Source of the DNA: Podarcis muralis
Lineage: Eukaryota
DNA length: 64,000 nt
Assembly (NCBI RefSeq): GCF_964188315.1
Contig: NC_135660.1
Span: 98,766,001-98,830,000 of the forward strand
Reading direction: 5' to 3'
In this document: one piece after another, positions 12,851 to 25,526 of the stretch
How the letters are laid out: each line of letters opens with the position of its first letter
Position numbering within the stretch: position 1 is the stretch's first letter
Made by a program: the position numbers and the translations under genes
Notes under the pieces: generated by a model
The model's input: only the letters and a program-made list of their open reading frames with translations
Database searches by the model: none
Told to the model about the DNA's origin: nothing

Positions 12851-15800
12851 GTTCACACCTGAAAAACCAAACCCATCTTTGTAGGAGGCGGAGAGAAGTA
12901 TACACTTCGTTCTCAGCTTGTAGATTTGTCAAGTGTTTCTCATCTACATTTGTCACTTAGCTATGATGATCAGAAAAACATCATTCATAGCATTTATTCA
13001 GTTCCCAGTCTATGTGCCAGGGAGCATTACTGCTCTGTGGCATAACTGCTAGGCATGCCCTGGGAACAAAAATAACGGCTGCTGTGAGCCCACAGCACTC
13101 ATCTGCAGGGGGGGGGTGCCCACAGTGTCTCTGTATCAGTGGGATAGTATGGGGGGCTGGGGGGCCATAGCCCCAGGCACATTTTTTTTTGAGGGGACGC
13201 AACCAGGCTGTCTCATTGAGGGGAGCCTCGCCTGGCCCAGCCATTGGGGCTGGGATGGTAGCAGCAGCTCCTTCTCCTGAGGGCCACCCATGGACCAGCT
13301 GAGAGGGAGGGGCAGGGTGCAGTTCCAAGCCAGCCACTGTTCCCCTCCTGGGTCAATTCCCCCCTGAGCAGGGGGCAGAAGTGGCATAGAAGTGGTGGCA
13401 GTATTGCCGCCCTTCTCCTTCACTGAGCTAGCTGGACCAATAATTTAATCTGATAAAAGGCAGTTTCTTATGTTCTTGTTGAATTGCTTCCAAATCAATT
13501 TTAACACCCAGAGGTTATCTTCTCATAAATCTTCACTATCACAAAGAAAGAAGCAGATCTTCAGGCTTTATTTTGTTTTTCAAATTCTTTAATGTACAGT
13601 GTTTTGAGTTCTGCCATTACTAATTACTGTAAACCACAGTGTTGTGTTTGTAGCATTCAAAATTGGTTGTGGATTCTGCCCCCCCCTCCTCCAAACTCTT
13701 TGATGCTAAACTACAGTTTATTTCCCACCAGAAGAGCAGTTCATAATCTCTTCACCCTTTGAGGCAAGGCTGGCATAGTTTCAGTTTGTCTTTCATCCAA
13801 TATTGTGTTTTCTCTGTCTTTTCCCCTTTGTGGTCAGCAGGCATTGCTCAGTCCTGATGGGCTCTTGACTGCAAAACACACCTCCACTTGAGCAAGTCTT
13901 TGGACATTAGGAATTCATGTCAAATTATCAGAAGAAACTTCAAGATGATGAACACCTGACATAAAACATGGCTGTGGGGGGGGGGAGGTCACTCCCAAAC
14001 ATCTGGCGAATCAGAACTTAGGGTAATGGGAAGTGCTAAGGTGATGTGATCAATGCACTGTTTTATAAGTGGATGCAGGAATCCTGATGCACACAGTGAG
14101 CATCATCTTCCTATAAGGACCACTATGTTCATCTGTGGGGGGGGGGATAGAAAATGTGTGCATTGCTGCTTGCACATGGAAGAGTTCCTCATACAGTCAG
14201 AGCATGGATGAATTAATATGGTTAATTAGAAAAGTTGCATAACTGAGTATGGAGAAAAGGATTTTCAAGGGGGCATTATGTTATAATATAGACACACACA
14301 CATATACTGTTTCAGTGTTGTTCAAAATAATTTTAAATAACTCTATAGACATTTCAATGATATACAATAATATAACTTAATTGAATCACTCAGTTGTACT
14401 CAACAAATACTATTAATATATTTACAATATCTTGTGCCATAAGACCGAATATGGAAGTATGATATCCATGGAGGACACATCAAATTTCATGAATCAAAGG
14501 GGGGTGGGTTGCAGTTTTATTGAGAGATCTGCATAACTGTGCGGTGGTGATGTTTCAGAGGAGCTGCAGTCATTTATTGTGAAGAGGAATTGGAATTGGA
14601 GACATGTATGTTTGGAAAGACATTTGAGGTATGTGGCTTTTTGGGTGCTCATATGGAAACTCATCAGCAAATCTGCTCCACAAATGGAGCTGCCATTTCC
14701 ACAAATGGTTATTTAAAAATTGGGATTAAGCTCGCCTAGGGCATTTAAAACAAACAAAAAAACACCTTTATCTCACTTGCCAACTTACAATACGAACCAC
14801 CAATGGAAAACACACAAAGAAGAAAAGTATGTTCTTTACTGTTGAATTTAGCTCATACTAGAACTGCAATGAATTTGCTCTCATTGGATTATTAAATCAT
14901 ATATTCTCTAAATAGTCTCTGAATACTAAAAAGTTGGTCAAATATTCAGCATCTGTGGCTGACATCCTATTATATCTCATTTCAGTATTTACTACATTTT
15001 ACTGGATCTCAGTAGTTGATGTTTGACTGTTTTGGATAGTTGGGATAAATTTGGTATTTGACAGCTAGATAGGCTGCGAGGTCTCATGTCTGATGACTGT
15101 CAGAGCAATCAAGAGGTGCCAACAACTCTGTGACTGTATTCCTAGAGGACTGAGTGATGGCTCCACCATCTCATCCAGGGCCCTGCCAGGCTCACGTCTG
15201 CAAGGTGGAAGTGAGGAGCAACAATACTCTTATGGGACTTCTGGCTGAGAAGCAAGTGTGGCAAGTCACCTCCCCGGGTGGCCTAGCTTCGTGGGGAACC
15301 TGGATGGAGATGGGGGCAGTGGGGGCTGGCATGCTCTCCCAATGATGTTGGAGGGGGGTGAACTCACAGACATCTGGAAATGCCTGCTGGGGTCAGAGAT
15401 GGAGGTCGCGGGGGCAGGACGCAACTTCATCCATTGCAAGCTCTGGTCTCTTTTGTGCATGTGCTGCAAAGTTCCTTCGAATTAGGATAATTGGGCATAA
15501 AGTTAAGGCACTCTTCAGAGAAGATGTGAAATAAACAAGCTGCTGGGAGCTTGAGGTTTCTGAATGAAAGTAATAAACACACCACTTTTTATGTGTTTAT
15601 GAGCCCCTCCTGTTAAAAGGAAGAAAATATTACAAATGAGGACCTTGGAGTTTAAATTAGCCTTGCCTCAATGAACAGTGGTTAAAGAAATTTTGAGTGT
15701 ATAGCTGGTGAAAAGATGGCAGAGAAAGAGAGACTGTGTTCTTTTTCTTATAGTTTCTAAGGGATCACAACTCACCCACCACTAGAGTGAGGAAATAGAT

Positions 15801-18556
15801 TTAAGCACAGGACGGTGGAACCGATGGCAGTTTGTGAGAAGCAATAATTTGGGAACTGTGTTGTAAAGAAACTGTTTGGGTGAAGATGGGGCAGGGGGAG
15901 GGACTGTTTATGCTTTTCCATTTTACCAAGGGATTTACCCACCTCCTCCCAGAACAAGAAATAAAGAATTTGAAATAAAGACCACAGGAGGTGAAATAAA
16001 GATGGAAGCGACAGCATTGCTAAAAACAAGAGAGGCTTGGACTTTGTTTGAAAGAATAAAATGAAATTCAGCAGAGAAATGGTGATGGGGAGGGGACTAA
16101 CTCCATCTTTTTAAGTTCATGAGGAAGTATGGTCTAAACACCCCCCCCCCCCCACTATGCAGGTTGGTTTAACTGAGAATGTTTGCAGGAGGAGAATGCT
16201 TTCCCAAATGGCTGTCCTTGAAAACAAAGGATGGTGGAATGCAAACGCTGTGGTGAAAATATGGATTTCGACAACACCGCAGTTCTGGACAAGAAATGGA
16301 TATGATGGAAGGAGAACAGCGATGAAAAGGATGGATCCAGATTTATACAAAACCAAGATGAAAAGAAAGAATTAATATAAAAACAACAAGTAATGATTTA
16401 AGATGGAGAGGCAAGGGGCAGAGTAACCTCATTTCTTTTCTTTTCTTTCTGTTTTGTTTTTTAAGGGAATAATAAATTATACGAACAGGAATTGATAAAT
16501 TGACAGCTGAGGGAGAAGGGGGAAAGGAGAGGAAAATATAAATTTAAAAAATGTGGAATTTAAGATTAAATCTAAGGAATGGAATGTGAATTGGAAATAA
16601 ATAATGTAATATAAAGCAGTAATTAGAAGAATGAAGAAACAGATTGATGATGGAGAGTGGGAAAATTGTATTAAATTTGATGCAATTTGGTATTGATTTG
16701 TTAAAAATTTGGAAAATGAATAAAAATTATTTGGCAAGCAACAGCACTCTTATGCTCTCTGTCCTTTTTAAAAAAGAATTACTGCCCCAATTTGGAGGCA
16801 TGTTGGAGAAATGGGAGAGTGTCTGATGCTCAGGGATGCCCCCAAACTGCCTTGGCAGCAGGGAGGGGGCTTCTGACGCTGAATCTCCCAGGCGTCCCTC
16901 TTGGATGGTCCCTCCTAGGGTCCCTGGGACACATTCCTGGGGACTGCAGGGTTTCAAGCCCCAACACTCACATATGAACTTCTGGTCAAAACTTAACATT
17001 TAATATTTGAAATTTTGCAATCAAACTTTTGACAATTTAAAGAATCCATGCTAATGAATTGTGGACGGTCAAATAAGCTGGCTGAAATGACCGGATGGAA
17101 ATCCCACAAGGAAGATGTACCGCAACAAAACCTGCTGCATTGCAACAACAAATTAGCATGAAACAAATAGAATCAAACAAGAGATTGATCAATGAGACAT
17201 CAAACTGAAGATCTTATAACCATTCAAAAGTGCTGATATGTGTGTGACTCACAAGGGTTTTTTGTACCACAAAGGGGACTATTTATTAAGAGATGGCTTA
17301 CTGCAGTGTGTGAGAGAATGAGGGAGGGGGGAAATACTTGGTCTGATGGTTGCTCTTCTCAGCATTTGATCAGAAATCTAGGAAAGCAGAAGAGGGATGA
17401 GGGAATCATATAGCTTAGGCGAGCATGCGATTGCATGCACAATATTAAGAGGTGCCAATTTGTCAATGGTGATCTGTCTTCTGATGCTTTGAGCCCACAT
17501 TTACAACTCTCTCAACTCAGGGGAACATAGTCACTTGTGTGAACCTGCCAGGTAATAAGGAGAATCTTTTACCACACAGCAACTACTGGTTTAGTAAATG
17601 TGTTGTAGAATGTAAAATAGTTCTCTGCATTCAGTCTTAGGACTAATGAGGATGAAGACAAACGTAACACTTCAAGCTTACAGCCAAATGTAGCTCTGTG
17701 TGGAGGATGTAGTTTGAGCACAGAAAGCAATTGTTTCCAGAGCAGTGTTTGAGCTACTTCCACCATTATTATAATGTTATGTCTGTCTTAACACTTGAAA
17801 AAATGCTTCTGTGTTGAAATTAGCTTTTTTCAAGCTCTAGATGCTAGGACCTGCTAGGGACTCTCGTCTTTTGGCAAGGTTTTGCTCTACCTGAACATCA
17901 AAATTGAGTGCTGAGAAAGGAAGCTGAATTAGCTGGATTTGCTGCCCTGTTCCAGCTGGAGATACCCATGCACAGAAGCAGCTTTTGTTATATGCAGCAA
18001 ATGCTAATTCAGATGTGCAGCTGTATCTGCATCACAATGTTTGCCTGTGCTCCATTAACCTGCAAAATGCATCTTGTGAGCTACCTATGGACCTATATCC
18101 TCATCCAGACCCAGCAGTTGTTTTGTGTAACTAGAGATGGATCAGGGCTCTTTCCAGTATTGGACACTGGGCATTTTAAGTCGTGGCTCTTCATGATCCA
18201 TCTTTCCTGATACCAAGACAGGAACACCTGCTTGGGTGAATATTTGCAATCCAAGTCTCTTTATTCTTTTTATATCATCTGCAAGTACTTAGCTCTTGGA
18301 GATAAATTCAGAAAGGGTGCTTTCACAAGGCTGAAATTTGCCACAGACTAGAAGGGACCTGGATTTCATGTTCATTTTCAGTAATAAAAAAAAAATGTAA
18401 TTGGCCTTTCAACTGGCTTGCAACCAAGTGGTGGACATTTTCATAACTGGGAGCTGCAGATTCACACCAGGTTTTTGAAAACTGAATGTTATCACCTATT
18501 CTGCTACCTGATCCTGTCTAGCTCAGATGCCCCATGTGGCACTATGTGTTTCACTA

Positions 18557-19293
18557 AAGGTAAAGGTAAAGGTACCCCTGCCCGTACGGGCCAGTCGTGT
18601 CTGACTCTAGGGTTGTGCGCCCATCTCACTTAAGAGGCCGGGGGCCAGCGCTGCCTGCAGACACTTTCTGGGTCATGTGGCCAGTGTGACAAGCTGCATC
18701 TGGTGAGCCAGCGCAGCACACGGAAACGCCGTTTACCTTCCCGCTAGTAAGCGGTCCCTATTTATCTACTTGGGATGCGGGTGGCGCTGTGGGTAAAACC
18801 TCAGCGCCTAGGACTTGCCGATCGCATGGTCGGCGGTTCGAATCCCCGCAGCGGGGTGCGCTCCCGTCGTTTGGTCCCAGCGCCTGCCAACCTAGCAGTT
18901 CGAAAGCACCTCCGGGCGCAAGTAGATAAATAGGTACCGCTTACCAGCAGGAAGGTAAACGGCATTCCGTGTGCTGCGCTGGCTCGCCAGATGCAGCTTG
19001 TCACGCTGGCCATGTGACCCGGAAGTGTCTCCGGACAGCGCTGGCTCCCGGCCTCTAGAGTGAGATGAGCGCACAACCCTAGAGTCTGGCAAGACTGGCC
19101 CGTACGGGCAGGGGTACCTTTACCTTTACCTTTATTTATCTACTTGCACCCGGGGGTGCTTTCGAACTGCTAGGTTGGCAGGCGCTGGGACCGAACGACG
19201 GGAGCGCACCCCGCCGCGGGGATTCGAACCGCCGACCTGACGATCGGCAAGTCCTAGGCACTGAAGTTTTACCCACAGCGCCACCCGCGTCCC
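18557..19293 (-). mobile_element. Sauria SINE, subfamily B, outer copy interrupted by a second SINE
   Basis: Halves at 18557-18771 and 19146-19293; TSD TATGTGTTTCACTA at 18543-18556 and 19295-19308. Confidence 0.92.
18772..19132 (+). mobile_element. Sauria SINE, subfamily B, full length, nested in the opposite-strand SINE
   Basis: Starts GGGATGCGGGTGGCGCTGTGGG, has a B-box-like GGTTCGAATCC and an (ACCTTT)3 tail; TSD TATTTATCTACTT at 18759-18771 and 19133-19145. Confidence 0.93.
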
Positions 19294-19615
19294 TTATGTG
19301 TTTCACTATGTGTTGGTTATTTAGCTCTTGGAACTGTTGAATGCAAATGGGTGTCGTTGGAAACAAAGGCATGTGCAATGACACTGGGTGATACAAAAGT
19401 TGTAACTGTAACATTTTGAACTGTGATCCACACATGCCAGAATTGCACTCTTCAGTGGATGCAGAGGCATGTGGGAACCAACCATACAATGTAAAACAAT
19501 AAAATGTAAGATAAAGGTCCAGAAAGAAACACAATGGTGCAATTGCAAGGGACATGAATAAAGGCTTTGCTCATTTCTGAATATTTATTTGAAATTTACT
19601 AAGGGCTATTTTATG

Positions 19616-19892
19616 CAGGACCGGCCCACCCACAGGCAGGGTGAGAAAACTGTCTCAGGTGGCAGGATCTACAGAGGCAGCAGATCCAGCCTCCGAGGAA
19701 TGCATTGCCTGCTGCTGCTGCTGCTGCAGTGACAGGAAAAGCTGCAGCATGCTCCTTGGAGGCTGGATCTGCTTCCTCAGCAGCTCTCCCCATGCTGCCA
19801 CAACAGTGGTCTCTCTGCCCTGGTGGAGGGTTACTGGTTTTGTGCCATTTTGTGGTTTGCCTTAGGTGCCAAAATGTCTTGGCCTGGCCCTG
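19616..19892. mobile_element. hAT-type MITE
   Basis: Imperfect TIRs CAGGACCGGCCC / GGCCTGGCCCTG; 8-bp TSD ATTTTATG / ATTTTATA (7 of 8). Confidence 0.75.
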
Positions 19893-22199
19893 ATTTTATA
19901 CATTACGCTGTAGGACATCCAGACTTAAGAGGCAGCTGCAGCCAAACCCAGCTCCTTGTCAAGTTTACCAGCAGGACCCTTGGAAACATGCGCATGCTAC
20001 AGTCATGCTTTTTGGCTATAGACGTGCACCTAAAAGTATGGTATGAAGAGGCTCTTCGGGAAGAGGGAGGGTAGTTAAACACTGTCAACCATACTTCGGT
20101 TCACTGTGCCATTTAAAAATAACTCAAGTTAACACATCAGCCATGTATTAGCTGGGATTCAGCAACTGCTGTTTTCATTATCTTCATGGCATGGTGTGAA
20201 CATGATAATGCCTTTCAGAGAAAAAAACCTGTCCTAACCTGGAAATTATCAAACATTAAGAAAATCCAACTGCCCAAATAATGTTGCTGCAAGGTTAACT
20301 CTCTAAAGCCCTTCTGACCAAATCACACATGCATGTATGGTACTTACTGGTTTGGGCAACAGTTGATGGCTCACAGCTAAATGTCTGACTTGCCTCTCCT
20401 GAAAAGGAATTTGCTTGAGGTGATGTATGAGAAAACTGCTGGCTCTTGTTTACTTATTTACTTATTTATTTATATTTAGAATACTTTATAGCCCCAAGAG
20501 GCTTTCAAAGCGCCTTCCTTGCAAAAGATTCTCACAATAATAATAATATTAATAATAATAATAATAAACCACCCCACATTCACAGAAATGGTACAGTGTC
20601 CCTCTGTTGCCAGAATTATTCAAGTGACATTTCCTGCCCCACGCTTTCCTGGTGTCTCCCTTCAGCCTTTGCCCACTAGACAACAGCTCCCACGGATGTC
20701 CTCTGAGGCAAAGCAGTGGGACTGAGCAGAGGGAACTTGATGGACCACATGATGGACTACAGCATTGAGTGGCAAACTGCATGTGAGAATAAATGGTGGC
20801 ATAGACTTTATATTTGCCAATGGGACTGGGATTCCTGCAGCAAAAATTTCCACCCACTTCCTTGTCACATTGGTGACATCCAATCCACATTCATTGCAAC
20901 TGTTGGGAGGAATGGGAAGAACCATGGCCAGTGGTGGTGCAAAGGTCACACAGACAGAACCTTGTTTATCATCACCTCAGACAACATCCTTTCGATTCAG
21001 TGAAGATAGTTCATACATTCAGCTAATGTTCAGAGACTTATAAAGATCCTCTTCCCGTGGAATGGGTTCAGGGTTCCCTCTGCCATCATCCTCTTAATAG
21101 AGTGAGTACTTTAGGTTGTCTATGCCTGAAGAGGCTGAAACTGTGAGCCATAACCCACAAAATAAAGGGTGGGAATAGCAGCCCTGTTTGGATGTCCTAA
21201 TTCCTCATCAAAAGAGGAAGAGTGGGAGAGACTGTGCTGACTCTCTCCTGTAATCTCTTTGCTCCATGAGTTAGAAGCATACATCTACAGTAAGGAGTCT
21301 GCTGTATCTGAGAAGGTTCCACATGTGATTTAGAACCCTGGGAGATCATGGACAGCCTAGAGAAGTAGAGAAGTCTCACCACTGCAGAAGTCAACCCTCC
21401 AGCTCAACAGTGGGGAAGATTATGAGAATGGAGCTAGAGCACTCAGGAGCCTCACTCGTCCTCATCACATGGAGAATCAGAAACCTCTGAAGAGGGGCCA
21501 TCTGATTTAGCCCTCTGCATGTAGGAGTATCCCAAAGGACTTTCTCTGTTGCACAAGTTAAGAGTGTGGCAGTCAGGCACAGGAGGCCTTCCTTCACCCA
21601 GAAGCAGGAACTTCTGCCCAGGTAAGCCAGTGCATCATTAAGTAACATTTAAACATGACAGCTTCTCCCGTGGGTTCATCCCACTGGGTGGCTGTGATAC
21701 CTAAAAGTGTGCCACTATGTGGGCAGTGGGACCTTAATACAAAATTGTCATCCCCAATGCTGAACTGCACTAATATTTGTTTACTCGATGGCTCCTTAAT
21801 GTGAAACCATTACCCAGCTAAGCTTGGGAATGATGCTTTCATGTCAAGTGCTACGCAGTTTTCTGGATCCCCATGGTGGTGACCCTTCCAGCCGCAGCAC
21901 GGGGTGGACACATGAAAAAGTGTCTCCCCAAACATGGCTGCAACCAATAAAAGGTAAATGAGGAAGCAGTGACAGTATACAAGCTTGGCTGCCTTGGTTT
22001 GTACATGGATGAAACTGCTGCTCCCCTTCTGAATTCTGGGTTATCTATAGCAACCACGTTCCTAGCATTTTAAACCACTGTTTCCCATGCTCCAGTTGCT
22101 TGTGCTCTTAGGCCATGTTTGATGTGTACAGTCACAGAACTCTTTCTAACAGTGGAGTGCTATGAAATCAGTAGCATTGAAGACATAGGGAGAACCAAA

Positions 22200-22987
22200 T
22201 ACAAAATAAAAACAGAAATAAAAATCAGAAAGTTAGAATTCCAGTAAGTTTACATTTAGTACAGAGTAAAGACATAGCTACCCGTTAGTGCTTAGAGAAT
22301 TTGTTTTGATGCTATTAAAAACATAAATAAAATATTTTTTCTTCAAATGTCCATTCAAAAGGTTCCAGTGTCACCTGCAGCTGTCAGAGCTTTGTCCTTT
22401 GTCCTGACCTTTGTTTTACAAACAAGTCAATAGCTGAGCTTCCACCCGAGTCCCTCCTCTTTTACATCATCGTCTCGCCAGCTCCCCTTTACCTGCTTTT
22501 CTTTCTTTTCTTTTCTTAGAAATAAAAGTTTTTCAGCAACACTGCTGGGATTTTAGGTTTCTCTGGGTACAGTTAAATTACTCATTTGTTTTTTAATAAG
22601 ATAAAGGTCTTATTTGCACATATTTGTGTGCGTTATAAATCTGAAAATAACCTCCTGGACTGTGATACGTATAATTTAATCTAAGAGCAAAACTCTACAA
22701 AACCCAGACTGCAGGGTTTTTTGCGGGGTGGGGGGGAACCACAGAGGAACTTGCTTGCGCTGAACGAAGTCACCGTACAATTCATCCCATCGACCCTGGT
22801 TCCAATGTAGTGAAAGCAGCTAGTCAGCAAGTTAACGCATCGTTCTTGAATGTGTTATTAAGAAGTAACAGGAAAGAGACTGGCCTCCTCCTCCAAGAAA
22901 ATTAAATGTGCAAAATGATGCTGTAGTTGCCTTGTACCACTCTAACACGTGGCGGCTGTGTCTTTTAAAAAGGAGGAACATGAGCTG
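22200..22987 (-). other. WNT7B: Probable proximal WNT7B 3' UTR (end not defined)
   Basis: Directly follows the stop codon, has no recognisable transposon and contains U-rich/AU-rich stretches on the minus strand. No unambiguous AATAAA was found, so the lower boundary is approximate. Confidence 0.5.
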
Positions 22988-23467
22988 TTATTTACAAGTG
23001 AACACCTCTGTCCGCTCGCTACAAGTGTTGCATTTCACAAAGCAGCACCAGTGGAACTTGCAGTTACACTGCCAGACTTTGGTGTACTGGTGGGTGTTGT
23101 AGCCCCTCCCACAGCACATCATGTCACACCCATCGGCGCTGGGCGAGGTGCGGTTGCAGAGGCGTCCCTGTGTCCCCACGCTCCCCGTGGAAGCATCTTC
23201 TTCGCAGTAGTTGGGTGACTTATCTATATATACCAGATCTGTTTCCATTGGTTTCTGGTAACTTCTGATCTGCTTGATCTTCAGAAAGGTGGGCTGCCGA
23301 AGCCTGCTGGCTCTCACCACTTCCACCTGCACGGCGGCGTTGTATTTTTCTTTCAAAATATATCCAATCTCTCTGAATTTAGGGAGCGTAGTCCAACAGG
23401 TCTTGGTTGTGCAGGAACCAGAAACCCCGTGGCATTTGCATTCCAGTTTCATTCTCTCTTCAAGCAC
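22988..23467 (-). CDS. WNT7B: WNT7B last coding exon (exon 4)
   Basis: [25 protein letters not shown]...[23 protein letters not shown]. Contains the Wnt lipidation motif [10 protein letters not shown]. The ending FVKC...EVFTCK is WNT7B-type rather than WNT7A-type (YVKC...EMYTCK). CTACAG acceptor; 480 bp. Confidence 0.98.
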   Translation of the reverse strand: MLEERMKLECKCHGVSGSCTTKTCWTTLPKFREIGYILKEKYNAAVQVEVVRASRLRQPTFLKIKQIRSYQKPMETDLVYIDKSPNYCEEDASTGSVGTQGRLCNRTSPSADGCDMMCCGRGYNTHQYTKVWQCNCKFHWCCFVKCNTCSERTEVFTCK

Positions 23468-25313
23468 CTGTAGACAAAAGCAGGGAGAAATGATGAAAGG
23501 GGGAAATAGCCTCTCATAGTTCATCACGTGGATTCTAAGATATTACAGGGGGAGTTATCTGTCACAATATCATGCATAAAGATCAAGGGCACGATCCGGC
23601 ACTTTTAAACTCCCACTAGCTTCAGATGGATATCTCTGCAGTGTGCTTTTCTCTCATTAAAATTAACCGAAATTAGGAGTGGTTCGCTTGGCTTGATTCA
23701 AGCCTTTGGTGTGAAAGTGTGAAAGCAAAATTTTGTTATTGTTCTTAATGGTGTGATTCATCTCTTCTGCCCTAAAGATGTTCAGACAATACCCACACCA
23801 TATTCAACCTTATTATGCTCTATCTCCAATAAAATTGTTGCAGTATTTTATATGCTTCAGATGGTTCAAATGTGCTTAATATTTTAATTAAATGCAAAAT
23901 TCAATGGAAACCCTAATAGTCATATCCAAAACAATGTTATTGGCTATGTCAGCCTGGTGCCTTCCAGATGTGGCTTGGCTGCAGCTCCCGCCCTCTCATA
24001 TTACTTGCCATGCTGGCTGGGGTTGATGGGAGTTCAACAGCATCAGGAGGGCACCATTTTGGCTATGTTAGTGTGCAATATGCAAGTTGATCCTGCGGGA
24101 TCATATAGCTCCCCTTCATTTGCCAACAGCATACAGAAGAAGACATGCAGTATAGTAAGTCGGCATGTGCTGGTAGGATTCTGCCTGAGCCTTCAGGCAA
24201 ACAACAGAGCGCAAAGCAAATGTGCATAAAGTGCAGCTCGTGAGCAAATGCAGCCGTCCAGGCCAAAGGTGTGTGGGAGGCATGTGACACTTCACAGGAA
24301 GACACAGACAATTCCCTTCCCATCCCGTTAAATTCATCCAATCAAGCAATTCATCTCTGTGAAATACCAAAGTGAATGGCATTGCATTTAAGACCTCACT
24401 ACACTTTTTCAAGTAAAGCTAGTGTGAACCTTCAGGAGACAGGAAAGACATGTTTAAACAAAGCAATAATACTGAATTTGTAGCTCTTATGCATTTCAAA
24501 AATGGCTGTTGTTTGTGCATAATGTATGGACTGGAATCCAGACATGGTTCATTGAAACTGTCCATGTCTGAATTCGTATTTTTCTTATTATTCATGCAGT
24601 GTCACCTACACACTCCACAGAAGAAAAAGAAAACACAGTACTTCCCTACCTCTGGTTTATAATCTATTTGTGTAAGCAAGACCTGCAACAAAATATCACC
24701 AGACATGCCATCTTCCAGGAAACTCCATTCCTGGTTTTCCATCTGCCTCCCTCGTCCTCCTGCCAAACAAAAACTCAGCATTCTGTGGCCATTGAGCATT
24801 ACTATTACTATGATGATGAAACAATGAGGAAAGCAAAGGAGAGGGGGAAAGGAGCAGGAGCCCTTGTCAGGCATTCTGTCCCTGCATGAGTAGCAAGCTG
24901 TGGGGCAGAGTGGAGAGGGGCCTGCCAAGCCCAGCCCCATCGCCGTTCTTGACTAGGAGGGTGAGCTTCTATAGTGAAACATTTCAGCAACTGACCCAAC
25001 AAATGTTCATCATTCAAATAACCAATGGCATTAGTATTTCCATGTGCTTTTAAATTCTCACCAGTGGTCTAATTAGTTTTTCACTGGGTGCAAAGACATA
25101 ATGGACTGCCTAGGAGCATTCCTTTCTGTAGAAGTATTTTAGAGTATATGCCCTTTAGGAGTATAGCACTGTTTTGTTTTTAAATCTCACATTATGGGTT
25201 AGCTTTTCGCTCCAAGCCATTGCCATGCTGGACCAGAACTGTTTTCAGTCCCTCTTGACCCATGCATGGTTTTCATCCATTTGTTATGATTGGATGTATT
25301 ATATTAACACATT

Positions 25314-25526
25314 CAGGTAGGTAGCCGTGTTGGTCTGACACAGTAGAAATATATATATATATATAAACAAAATTGTCCAGTAGCACCTTAGAGACCAACT
25401 CAGTTTGTTCTTGGTATGAGCTTTCGTGTGGTATCTGAAGAAGTGTGCATGCGCACAAAAGCTCATACCAAGAACAAACTTAGTTGGTCTCTAAGGTGCT
25501 ACTGGACAATTTATTATTATTTTTCC
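25314..25526. mobile_element. Penelope-like unit with an inverted duplication (fold-back)
   Basis: Arms 25370-25430 and 25452-25512 are reverse complements with ~3 mismatches; 14-bp TSD TATATTAACACATT at 25300-25313 and 25527-25540. Hammerhead core at 25431-25468 has AAAA instead of GAAA. Confidence 0.8.

Noticed and set aside
14290-14720. Tc1-like remnant starting CAGTGTTGTTCAAAATAAT
   Set aside because: No matching right TIR or transposase motif was found.
1-22000. Exons of the expected syntenic neighbour ATXN10
   Set aside because: No ORF or exon resembling ataxin-10 was recognised on either strand.
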